Source of the DNA: Bugula neritina
Lineage: Eukaryota > Animalia > Bryozoa
Assembly (NCBI GenBank): GCA_964035545.1
Contig: OZ037769.1
Location: 17,266,633-17,330,632, forward strand
Direction of reading: 5' to 3'
Length of the DNA stretch: 64,000 bases
The translations under genes and the position numbers were made by a program. The notes under the pieces were generated by a model. That model ran no database searches. It had not been told where the DNA came from and saw only the letters and a list, made by a program, of their open reading frames with translations. Below are positions 27,096 to 39,563 of the stretch, in pieces (within the stretch, counting starts at the first letter, position 1; every line of letters begins with the position of its first letter).

Positions 27096-29737
27096 ATGAG
27101 ATATATATTACAGAAAGCAAAGTTTCACCTTCATCGGATTCAGATTGCATCACCATCATCGAAATTTTTGACAAAGCACCGAACTCTCAGTCTTAGAAAC
27201 TTTTCCTGTAAGTTCAAGTTCTGATCCAGGTTATGATAATTGGTCGTGATTGAAATATGAGAAAGGGAATTGTTAGTACTGAACAGGAGATATGTTTTAT
27301 ATAGAGTGTTGGAGCAAAGGCTAAGTGTATTGTTGTGTTTAAACTTAGTCTAAGTTGATACCCCATATTTTACAGGCTCTCGAGTGAGTAACAAGGATGT
27401 TGGGTTTATCGGTCTGGGAGTTATGGGCTCTCACATGGCTCAGAACCTTGTCAATGCCGGCCACAACGTGATAGCATACGATATTGTGAAAGAGAATCTG
27501 GACAAGGCAGTGTCTGGAGGCAGGTTTCCTACTGATACTACTGTCTGTCTGTCTGTCTGTCTGTCTAGAAGGTGGCAGACCCTGGCTCTGTCTTACCTCT
27601 GGTCAGCCTCAGTCTACATTCAGTCATATGATTGTTTATTCTGTTGCTAGGAGCTGTCGCTGCTGCCAGCCCCGCTGCCGTGGCCAGCCAATCAGAATGT
27701 GTTATAACGATGCTGCCCTCAAGTCCACACGTTATAGAGTGCTACACCAAAGATGGTATACTGAGGTAAAGCGTCATCATATTTTGACACTTTTTCTGTA
27801 AATCTAGCCCTTGCTCCTTTCTCTCAATAGCCTTAGCTTCTCCTGTTGAATAGCCTATGTCTATTTGCTTACCAGGAAATAGTTTCTATGTTTCAGTTCG
27901 GTGAAGGCCGGCTCTCTGCTCCTCGACTGCAGTACAATTGATCCGTTAGTTTCTAAAGAGATGGCCGAGCAGGCCAGTGCCGAAGGGGCCGTCTACATGG
28001 ATGCCCCCGTATCTGGAGGTATGAAAATTGTGGTTCTCAAGCTATTCCTTCTGCTTTCCCTTCAGCCAGTGTGTTTTGTTGTACAACAAAATATTATTAA
28101 CAGATGACTAGTGTACACTGCACTGTATAGCTCTATAACACAAGGGAAGACAATTCCTGTCTACTTTATCACTGAACAATAAACTAAGTAACTATTTCCT
28201 GTGGTTTATAGGTAGTATGGGGGCCAAAGCAGCCACCCTCACATTTATGGTGGGCGGACCTGCGGAACACTTTGCTGAAGCTAAAAGTGTCCTTGACCTG
28301 ATGGGCAAGAATGTAGTGCATTGTGGGGCAGTGAGTGCCGGGCAGGTTGGTTTCCTCTACATTTAAGTGAACTAGACAGTGACTTCTTGAGATTATATTA
28401 TACTTCCTGTCACATGACGTACTGTGTGTACTTCCTGTCACATGACGTACTGTGTGTACTTCCTGTCACATGACGTGTCGTGTGTACTTCCTGTCACATG
28501 ACGTACTGTGTGTACTTCCTGTCACATGATGTGCTGTGTGTACTTCCTGTCACATGACGTACTGTGTGTACTGTAGGCCGCTAAGATCTGCAACAATATG
28601 ATGCTCGGGATATCCATGTTCGGCATGTCTGAGGTCATGAATCTAGGTCAAAGGTAAGCACTTTATTTGGCTTAATTAGAAGTAATGTGTTTAGTTTTAA
28701 ATTAGCCTAGGGCCACATGGTGCGTATTTTCGCATGCGAAAATTGAAACCACAAGTAGCAAAGGTGTCCACTGTAGCGTCAGTGATGCGTGATAAATAAA
28801 GCTTTAATTTTTAAATCGCACTCGCTTTCAATAAAACGCAATTTACTGGAATGTAGCACTAAAATAAAGAAATTGGGCTCGCTGAATAACTACCAGCCAA
28901 TTAGGTGACGACGACAGAGACGATTCTCACTAGCGTTGAGAATGCTGAGCGACAAGTGCGAATGTTTTCTCAACGCGTACAGTGGACACCTTTGCCACTT
29001 GTGATTTCAATTTTCGCATGCGAAAATACGCACAGTGTGGCTCTAGGCTTAGTCTTTTATTTAGCTAATATGTTAATGTTAATGGTAGTTACTGTTTCAA
29101 TTCTTAAGTAGGTATCGTACTTATATTTTCATCCTAACAAGAAATTCACTGCTCAGCTGTTTGCCGGTGAATGAACCGTGTTTCATGTTGAATTTAGTCT
29201 GATGTGTCACTCAGTATTGTATTGACTCGAGTAGATTGGGTTTGGACGCCAAGTTGTTAGCCTCAATTCTTAACACAAGCAGTGGCCGCTGTTGGGCTGG
29301 TGATACATACAACCCCTGTCCAGGGGTCATGGAAAATGTGCCATCCAGTAACAACTATGCAGGCGGCTTTGGAACAGCGCTAATGACCAAGGTCAGTATC
29401 TAGTGTAGAGGTCAGTTTCTAGTACAGAGGTCAAGGTTGAATTCTAGATGTATAGCATGTGGGAGTTGCCCTTCCTCAATGGTTACTAATATTTCTTGTC
29501 CACTCGTGTATATATATAGTGCTTTCTTATCTGATGTGTTTTCATAGCCTACTGTTCTCTACTTCCATGCAGGACTTGGGGCTGGCCCAGGACGCTGCGA
29601 CTACTACCAAGTCTCCCACTCCCTTAGGATCTGCAGCTCACCAACTCTACAGACTCATGTGTAACAAGGGCTACGGCCATCTTGATTTCTCTTCCGCCTA
29701 TAAATTTCTCCAAGAAGATGAGAAGAGCAAAAAGTAA
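27096..29737 (+). CDS. HIBADH: 3-hydroxyisobutyrate dehydrogenase, mitochondrial
   Basis: Basic targeting peptide, then [91 protein letters not shown] and DFSSAYKFL. The exons splice in frame; one intron is GC-AG. Confidence 0.96.
28401..28572. repeat. 28-bp minisatellite, about 6 copies
   Basis: Unit tacttcctgtcacatgacgtactgtgtg. Confidence 0.9.
28705..29048. mobile_element. MITE (PIF/Harbinger Tourist-like), 344 bp, in a HIBADH intron
   Basis: About 70-bp TIRs (gcctagggccacatggtgcgtattttcgcatgcgaaaattgaaa... and ...tttcaattttcgcatgcgaaaatacgcacagtgtggctctaggc), with TTA on both flanks as a 3-bp TSD. Confidence 0.88.
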
Positions 29738-30794
29738 CTTCAACTCTGGACTCTAGAATCAAACGTGTGTTAAACGTGGCTTCCCCATAATACTACTTAT
29801 TTACTCAAGTCTTGGCTGTTATTTTTAGGTTGTCTTTTTATATTTACCTGTCAACTCATGTTTTATTTTATTAAACAAACAAACTGAAATCTCTAACCTA
29901 CTGTGCCAATCCGTGATTTAAGGGTTATATTTTCTCAATGGGTTGCTGTATTACAATATATAATTAATATTGGTATACTTGGGATTGTTCTCAACCGTTT
30001 CTATTTGTTAATAGAATTTTTATTGCTGTCAACTCCATTTTGTGTTTCAAAGTAGTTGAAAATAAAAGTCAATTAGAAGATGAAGTAATGAAATGAGTTG
30101 TATCTTTGTCTAGTATAATTGTGAGTTACCCACTGGGTACAAATCAAGGACTCTATTTTTGCTGGAGAAATCAATATGATAAAATAACTCGCGGCACACA
30201 CCATCTCATTCACAGCAAGTCCCATGTGTTAAAATTTTGTCAAACAGGAAATTGCAGTGTGTTGGTTTTGTTCACTTGTAACTTAATTTTATTACATATT
30301 ATCAATAGAATTTCTGTCACATTATGTTATGCTGTATTAGTGAGAGCTGAATCTGCCCGCAGGCGTTAGACGCTGCCTTCGTCTTACATAATATTCTGTC
30401 ACATGTGTGTCACAGCTGTTCTACTCGTCGCCGTTGCCAGTCTTACTCCTGAGTCATTCTGGAAGCTTCCATATGAAGATTGACGTTAGCCTTGGTTACA
30501 GATTTCTCTGATAGTTGCAGGTAATGGAGAGCTCTATAGGCATAATATTCTCAGACTGTACCTTAAGTGACCTCTCCTGAACTATACTGTAGAATATTAT
30601 AGATAGTTGGTAGCATCTCAAAGTAAATGACCAACAATTGCACTGGACAAGCTATAATTTGTATTGTAAAGAATATTAAATGTTAGCAGTGGTTGTAAGT
30701 TTACATTAGTATAATATGATGATGTGATTTGTGTATGTTTGTATTCTCATCACTTCATGCCTGTTCATAGATAGAAAGTCACGTTGCTACGACG

Positions 30795-31499
30795 ATGAAG
30801 TTTGAGCTGCAGCAGCGGCATACAGAAAAGACTAAGCTCTCGCTACCCAAGGTCGAGGGAAGCGCTATACTTCCCGCTATAGACAAAGCGTCCTCTACCA
30901 GACAGAATCTCAGGATGCTACAAGAGAAACGACTTCCCTTGCCGCCGATTCGTTCGAAATCACTGCCGAAGTCGACGTACCACTCCTCCGAATTAGAGCT
31001 CTGCTCTGCCTCGTGTTTCAGGATGTCTGACCAAATAAACACTCACACTTTGATCTCTCCATCAACAGCTCATGTCGTCTGCTTCTCAGTTAAAGATGGC
31101 CTCCAATCACTGGAGGCGGAGGTAAACCTGCTGCCTTCGACAATAAATCCAGCAAGCAGTTTCCCAGCTTTCCCCGAGGCCACCAAAGTGATCCGCTCAT
31201 ACACAGTGCACATGCCCTCTACAGCTCACGTGTATGCTGAAGGAGATGAAGAGGCATCCAATCAGTCAGAGGTCACTGGTGTTGCTATGGCAACAACCAA
31301 CAGGAAACAGGATGAGAATGCAGTACCATTGATGAATGAGAGACAGGGGTGTGTGGATGGCGGATGTATGGAATGCTATGGTTACCCCAGACTATACAAC
31401 ACTCCTGTATCCGAGTCACACGTGTCTGCTGCTGATGCCAAAATGAAGAGAGTTCGTGATTGGTTGTTTGATTCTCCTCCCCTTCCCGTAGATCGCTGA
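30795..31499 (+). CDS. Uncharacterised 234-aa protein
   Basis: Long non-repetitive ORF with higher GC than its flanks, preceded by a plausible acceptor (tgttcatag). No family recognised. Confidence 0.55.
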   Translation: MKFELQQRHTEKTKLSLPKVEGSAILPAIDKASSTRQNLRMLQEKRLPLPPIRSKSLPKSTYHSSELELCSASCFRMSDQINTHTLISPSTAHVVCFSVKDGLQSLEAEVNLLPSTINPASSFPAFPEATKVIRSYTVHMPSTAHVYAEGDEEASNQSEVTGVAMATTNRKQDENAVPLMNERQGCVDGGCMECYGYPRLYNTPVSESHVSAADAKMKRVRDWLFDSPPLPVDR

Positions 31500-31534
31500 A
31501 CTTCTGTTACTACTTGATAATCTAATTTACAACT

Positions 31535-32135
31535 GCTATGTACTATAATCTAACTATACGTCTGCTATATGTACTATAATCTAACTATACGTCTGCTTTA
31601 TGTACTATAATCTAACTATACGTCTGCTATATACTATAATCTAACTATACGTCTGCTGTATATACTATAATCTAACTATACGTCTGATATATACTATAAT
31701 CTAACTATACGTCTGCTATATACTATAATCTAACTATACGTCTGCTATATACTATAATCTAACTATACGTCTGCTATGTACTATAATCTAACTATACGTC
31801 TGCTATATACTATAATCTAACTATATGTCTGCTATGTACTATAATCTAACTATACGTGTGCTATATACTATAATCTAACTATACGTCTGATATATACTAT
31901 AATCTAACTATACGTCTGCTATATACTATAATCTAACTATACGTCTGCTATATACTATAATCTAACTATACGTCTGCTATGTACTATAATCTAACTATAC
32001 GTCTGCTATATACTATAATCTAACTATATGTCTGCTATGTACTATAATCTAACTATACGTGTGCTATGTACTATGATCTAACTATACGTCTGCTATGTAT
32101 ACTATAATCTAACTATACTGTGCTATGTACTATAA
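31535..32135. repeat. ~29-bp minisatellite
   Basis: Unit tactataatctaactatacgtctgctata, about 20 copies. Confidence 0.93.
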
Positions 32136-33128
32136 TCAACACAGCACAACCCATCATTTATCAGTTTTTTATTTCAAATTATAATTCAAAATTGTGTTTT
32201 CACACAATTAAATATTTACTATATAGATTCTACAGCAAATGTTTACTGTCTACATTAGTGTATACAGATATGTTTAGTGTTTAGTATAATATTATGTTAT
32301 ACAATTGATTATATTATACTGCAATATCTAATAATTCATGCCATCTTTAGTACACTATTATTATAGTCTTATACTTCATAATAATATACTATTTATGTGT
32401 TGTGATTCATTGACAGTACATTTTGCTTCAATTAGATGTATTTACAACATATTTCAAACTTTCTAACAGCATATCAAAGCTCTAAAAATTCAAAAGTTGG
32501 AGTTGTGAACTTTCTGCAGAGCTCTGTTTAAACCACCATATAGACAATTTCAAATTACTATTCTTATCCCCCTCTCCATACAAAGTGACGACTCAGCTAT
32601 ATTATAACTTTGAGAATATTATTGCACTACGTGATGACATTTCTTGTTAAGTATAGTATATAGGTCACAGTATCCTACTGGGACATACTGATTGGTTGAT
32701 GTAAAACCTCTACATTTAGACCATAGTACTCAACACTAAGCATCTGTAATACTGAGAACTGGCCAATAAGAAGCGTGATAAGATTTATCAAACAGGCAAT
32801 GCATAGTCTGCATGCTAATTTTATTAGAGTTATTATACAGTGGTATTAGAACAGATTCCACATAAATAGCCCGAGAGTGAAGCCGGTGGTGGACAGGTTT
32901 ACGACAGGCTCAAATATAAATTATATTTCATGTTTTTGGACGGCAAACATTATAATTATTTACTTTCTATTTCTAAAACTTGCAGAATTTTATAAGCTGA
33001 AAGAAGCAACACAAAAAATAACAACGCAAAAAATAAAAACACAAAAATAATAACGCAAAAAATAAAATTATAAATTAAAATAAATTACAATTCGAATTTG
33101 ATTGCTTCTAAACTAATTACTATTTCTC

Positions 33129-36100
33129 CTAAGTTACATACAAAGTCATTACGGATAATATCCACACATAAGTAAGCCACGTAGTGCCGAGGTGTTGTGA
33201 TGAGGAGTTGTCTTCTCTAACTTGTTTCTCTACTTTGGAGTTATTTTCTATTGGTTTGAGAGCAGTAATACTGTCCTTATTGCACTTGTCGTAGTAACAT
33301 ACACACACCTGGATGGATAACCAACTTATGATATGAAAATAGCCGGGCATATGAAAGTGAAATGAAGTCTAGAAGTCACAGTTCAATGTCACGTTGTCAA
33401 AGGTCACGGGCTCAGGTCACAGGCTAACGTAACTGTCACAGGTCAGGGTCAAAGGTCACTAGAATATTAGACATAAAATAATATGTGGAAAAAAAATTCA
33501 ACATAGCTAAAATATGTAATACAGCATTATCTATAATATAGTAATACAACTTTGACTATAATACAGTAATATATTATATTTTTAAAGTGTTCCATTTCAC
33601 TTATTTCAAAGTATGGCTGTCTGTAACTTTAGAATTGAACAAATGGAAACACTGCCCTATCAAGGTAAAGTTTTAGTCAATAGCAAAGAGGACACTAACT
33701 AGGATCACAGGCTACAGTTGACCTGAATATTACCTCACTAGATGATAGACTTTGGTCCCTGAAAACAGTGTAACAGCCACTGGGGTAATACGTAGCTGGT
33801 CCCTGGTCTTCAAAACACAGTCTATTATATATCGTAAGTCCCTCACCTGAAATTTATCAGAGATTTTTTGATATAATATTTATTCAAGCTTATTTATTAA
33901 CATCGTGTGCTACATTTCATTTTGTATCCTTTATAGATAACTCTTCTTTCGTGATTGGAGTTATGACATCATAGCTTTTGGTGCAGAAAGCTTTGTTCAT
34001 GCAATTCAAAGGCTAAGTTATAAATTTACTGTCATATACTACCTTCTCCTCACTTACCATCTAATCGTTTCATAAAGTAGCAGCCGTTGACAGCAGGGCA
34101 AGTTTTAACATTTATATTACTGTCGCTGTGAATAGTGTAAGTACAGGAAGTGTCTGTCATACTGCTGCACTCGTAGCAGTCTATCGTCTGCTTCTGTTGT
34201 ACGTGTTTCTCTATAGCTGCTTTATCCGCAGGTATTCCAACATTGCACCTGCAGGAGAAGAGACAACTCCCCAGCTTATTGAACACTTATAGTTACTAAT
34301 GAGAAAGCAATAAGTTGAAAGGATAAATCATGTAGAGAAGTACTACGGCTATAGTATGATTAGAAAGGTGAAGGTCAGATAGAGGTGTTGGTTCCTAGTT
34401 TATTCCTTTAGCAGTTTGTTAAAGTCTATAACACAATAAAAAGCAATTTATTAAAAGCTGGATACATAAATTTGAAATTGCACTGGCAATAAATAGACCA
34501 TAAAATAATCAAACATGTAATTATTATATTACTGTAGGAAGTTATTCATAAATAGACACTCTATTAGAGATTATTACTTTATAGAACAGGTTTAATACCT
34601 CTTCACTAAAGAGTTACACTCACCTGTCAGTATGACACACGCACTCAGTGCCGAATACTATGCTCACTTGACACCCTTGTGGAGTCAGCCCTATGTCAGA
34701 ACAACCTCTCACAACTGCCCCATTTGTTGCTAATTTCGTAGCACATCCCTTGCCGTGTGTCAGCGAGCAGCTAGTGGTAGATGTGGGATTATCAATGCAT
34801 GAGTCATCTAGTTCACTGGAACATGAGTAACAGGTTACTTCGCTGCCGGCAGCTGAAACATTATATATGTAGTTCGTAGTTCTACTCTCTGCTGAACAAC
34901 TAGAGAGTTAGAAAATAAAACAAATTGGCAGCGAGTAACATTAAAGCCTCTGATTTCTATAACTTGTAGATAACAATTGTTAACTTATATTATTAGAAAG
35001 ATTTCTCTAGTGTACTCAGTCTAAGGACATTCATGAAGTAAACTGAGACATGGCAGGATAACTCCACTCTCTAAGTATCACTTGGAATTCCACTCTAGAA
35101 CTGCACTTAACTCAAATAGTATTCACAGTCTATTTGACTCTTCTGATATCAGCCTATCAGTAATTCACTGACTGGTACTTAAGGAAGACCTGCTGAGCCC
35201 CTAAGTGCCAGACTTGGGCCAATTTATTGTCAAATAATATGAGTAATTAGTGAATTACAGCACAGCAGTAGCAGTTATTTACTCATAAGTTATGTAGTAT
35301 CAGATATCACATTAACTCAGTAGCTCACTGACATACAAACCCTCAGGGCATGTAAATACTTCATAGTCTAGTATTTCACTGATAAATATTAACTCTTAGG
35401 CTCAACAAATGCCACTTTAACTTTTGTCAAAAGGCACTTGGAACTTGCAGACAGGAAATGGAGTTTGCTGTGTCTGCTGACAAAAGAAATTTGTGAACTT
35501 GCTGACAATAGAATATGAATATTGATGGGGACAATGCAATGTATATCCTTTTTAAGGACACAATACAATGTATATCCTTTCTAAGGACACAGTACAATGT
35601 ATATCCTTTCTAAGGACACAATACAATGTGTTCCTCTTTGCTACTGCAGGACAATATAAAAAAATTTCTTCAAGTTAGTTTCACACACTCTAAGTTAATT
35701 AGCTATTGTTATACTGGCAGGGCCCAGCAGGTGGTTGCTTTCACTGCTATACTAGCAATACATACAGAGATAAACTACAAACACTGTGTAAGTAACTTCT
35801 CCACAGTGTATGTAATATATTTCTTTATGTATTGTAATGGTTATGCATCTCTTTGTAACTCACAAATGATGATATACTAGTCTGGAGGGAATTTAGAGAC
35901 TAATGTAATGATATACTGTTGTTGTGTTACCATGGTGATTGTGTAACCAATCAATATCTGTGCTGGTCATCTCATTGCCTTGCAAAGTGTGCAAGTCCAT
36001 GGAAATAGTATGACAGCTTGTAAAGAACTATTCTAGAGTTGAAACTGCACAAGGAAATTAGATTTCGTATTAGGAGAAGCTCTGTATTATAGTTGTAAAT

Positions 36101-36766
36101 CTAATTATCATAAGCAGTGTATCAGTATGAACCCTAATCTAATATTCTACACTGTATTAAAAGCATCCAAATTCATGAAAGTCTGGGAACTTCACAGAAG
36201 GAGAGAAAGAAATCTATATGACAGATACTAGATATGGTGGTGACAGTTTCTGCTGTGATGTAAAAATAGACATAGTTCTAGAAAATATCTGTAGCACTCA
36301 AAGGTGTTTTTCTCAAATACTAGATCTCAGTCTAGAAAACTGCACTTACTTCTTAATAGAATTGAAATGTGAAGCAACTTCAGAGGCCTATGAAGTAGGA
36401 AACTTTATAGCTTAGGATTCATAAACACTTGTATCTGTGGAAAGGCTGTTATAGTATCAAATGACCCCTCACCCAAACACACTGTTGGAACCTATGCTAT
36501 CAGAGCAGCTAATTCTCCATTAGATTAGAGTTACTAGTAAACTATGAAGACTGGAGGTTGTGAATGTTGAAGTTATAATGCAGTGAAAGAGATAACTGAA
36601 ACCTTGCAAGGAGAATAAACTATGCTAACTCTTTGGATATATAAATTATACTGGATATATCCAACATGGCTGACAGGAAGTCACTCTGCTGACACTTACC
36701 AGCTACCAAAGTCATCCAGTGAGTTAGTAATCCAAGACAGCAAGATACTGTTACCATCAGCTCCAT
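33129..36766 (-). CDS. GPI-anchored Ly6/uPAR (three-finger) protein with two LU domains
   Basis: Exons 36700-36766 (signal peptide), ~34624-34852 (VTCYSC..C..C..GC..RGC..C..CVCHTDR|CN), ~34058-34248 (IDCYECSS..), ~33734-33846 and 33129-33308 (CVCYYDKCN.. followed by a hydrophobic C-terminal GPI signal). Phases are compatible. Confidence 0.8.
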
Positions 36767-38421
36767 TCTGTCAGGTGTTACAGAATGTACACAACAGGAA
36801 ATGGCTTCTTAATCTCTATAACTAGATAAACTATAGCCACTATGGATACTTTGTCTCTGTTTACATTCTATATCTTGTCAACACTGCAAGCTATTTGTGT
36901 TGTAATCTCTCCACTGCATTGATCTCTATGCCAGCTACAGCATGTTGATATTTGAAACTAGAAGCAGACGTCATGTGCAGACGAACATCGACCCACTCAC
37001 TGCTCACAGCAACTACTCAGTCCTTCTCTCTATTGATTAGTGACTTGCACTGCAGTCACTGATAGTGGCACACAATGAGCACATTGTACCTCTGTGTAGC
37101 CCTAGGTTCTAGCACATACAAGGCTGTGTGTAAGGAGTGGTGCAGCTACCACCCCTAACTCCTGTTGGTTAGAAGTAGAACTCAGTGCTTGTACATAATT
37201 AGCCATGTATTATATCATAAAGAGCTGCTAATGGAGTGTTTGTAACTATTAGCTGGAATTAACTGTGCAGTGATTATTTGTGGGGGTATTGCCATATGCC
37301 CCTATCTTTATTGGCACAGAAAGTACACAGTCTATTTTAAATCTGATGTAAAAATTAGGCCAATAATTTAATAGTTTATAAAAAGAGGAGGAAACTGTGT
37401 ATATAACACATGATGTAATACTAAACAATGTCATACTTTATAGCACAATGTTATCCATTATAATGCATAATATATTATGTTATAAAAAATATATTATACC
37501 CAACATAAAGCACGATAAATTATGTAATGTTTTATACTATACTATACTATAATATACACTATAAAGCCTGGATAATTCAAAACTGCATCCTTTCAAATAA
37601 ACCGAAAGCTATAGAAACTAAATAACTTTGTGTATCTTGTTCTACCTTCTTAATGAAGCTTTGTTAGATAGTATTTTTACTTTGATTTTTATTCTATTAC
37701 GCTTCAAAAACTGTATATTTTTAGGCACTTTTGGTCACTATAGCATGGTGTCATGCACAATACATTATGTTATATAAAATATATTATACCCAACATCTTA
37801 AATTGGTCTCTTAATTGACTTTATTAAATTTTATTTTTACCTTGACTTTTATTTTATTATGCTGCAAAGCTGTATATTTGTGGGCACTTTTGGTCACTAT
37901 AGCATGATGTCAGAACCCTCAAACCCCTTCTCTAGTTGAGCTAACTCTGAAGAGAATATAGTGCTAGAATCTTAAGAAAATGGTGCCTTGGAAACTTTTT
38001 GATTTTTTTAGCAAAAACACAAACAGGTTTGTGCTCTGATATATTCAAGCATTTTAGCAATTGTTCCTCTTGTTTACATAAGTAAAGCTGAGTTAGTAAG
38101 TTTGTCTTTGTTACATATTCTTTGTTACATCTTTACTCTCTCTACTTGGAATTTGTAATGAAGTAGCCATTTAAGTCTAGACTTGTTATTTATAAGTTAC
38201 TTGAAGCTGTAACTTCTAGTTGTAACAGCTCTCATGGCTATTTGACTAAACATTCATTTTGACTCACTTCTAGTAAACTTAGTAAAGTATATGTGTTAAT
38301 ACTGCTATTTATTTCTAAATCCTGGAGTGGATGAAAAGACCACAGGATAATCTTATTTGTTCATTGTCAATTCACCAGCTCATGTAATAGAAAGAATCAC
38401 AGCTCTACCTCAGTGTGCTCT

Positions 38422-39373
38422 ATTAACTTTAACCCTTTGCTCTAGTACAACCAAACTTATATTGTTACAGCTTAGCCATGAATTAGTAAATATTTTAAGG
38501 AGAAGTACCTAAACCAGCCATAGAGCACATTCATTAAAGATCCAAGGCTACAATTTGAAGAAGGGGCTAACCCTACCCATACTGCCTAGCTTCTACCTCA
38601 CTATTCAAGTTTATTGTTATACCCTAATGACTACAGTCTTTGTTATTGACTAAACAAACATGTTAAACTAGATATCAGGGATTATATTACAAACTGGGCA
38701 GCCATAACTTGTGTAATATAACTATAAATCTTTCCATGTATGTATTCATCTATTCTTTATAACTACCACCATATTATTAGCTAACAAAGCTTTTTATTAC
38801 AAGCTATTATTCACATTTCTCACTAGTAGACTACAAACTTTCCTGTTGGGTGATTGCCAAATGTTATTTATAAACTAGAACCAATACCAAAGAGCTGTAG
38901 TGAATATGATTATTCATAACAGCCAATACCAAAGAGCGTACCATTTCGTAACTCATCACGTGATCATGTAACAACTATTACTTGCAGTAGCAATACTAAC
39001 TAGCACGCACTAAGAGGGAAGTCACTGTATCTTCCTAGTCAGAGTGGGAAGATAATCAAGTCGGTTTATGGAGGATATTATGTAACATATGCAGATGGTG
39101 AAGAGTATCTCAACTCACCTGCTGTCTTCCTTTGAATTCACTGTAAGTATAATTTATTTAATATATAAATGTAAATGACTAAAGGTTAGTTTCCTTTGGT
39201 ACATATGAACCTGTAGGGGGTAAAATTAAGTCGAATATGAAGACACCTACAAAGTGGGTTAACCTCAAATTGAAAACAACTCAACTCCTCTGTGAGTACA
39301 TGAAACACAAAACACAGAACAATACTTTGGTGTTATAGAATCTCTCAGCAAACTAGCTATATCTAACATTACA
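38422..39373 (+). repeat. Copy 1 of a ~950-bp duplicated block (upstream region and putative 5' non-coding exon of the Roco-caspase gene)
   Basis: Colinear with 55657-56587 from attaactttaaccctttgctctagtac to atctaacattaca, including the donor-like ttcact|gtaagta. Confidence 0.85.
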
Positions 39374-39563
39374 GGTCTTGTTTGGTTTTACATTCTTTCT
39401 AAATCGCTGGCTCATGGTATCAGTGGAGATATATTACAGAAATTGCAAATGCTAGCTGTAGTTTGTATAAATGTTTCACCATGTTTAGAGGAATAAACTA
39501 AATAAAATGGTTGTTACAGATGAGAATAAAAATGTGATTATAGCTGTAACCAGAGACTACAGG

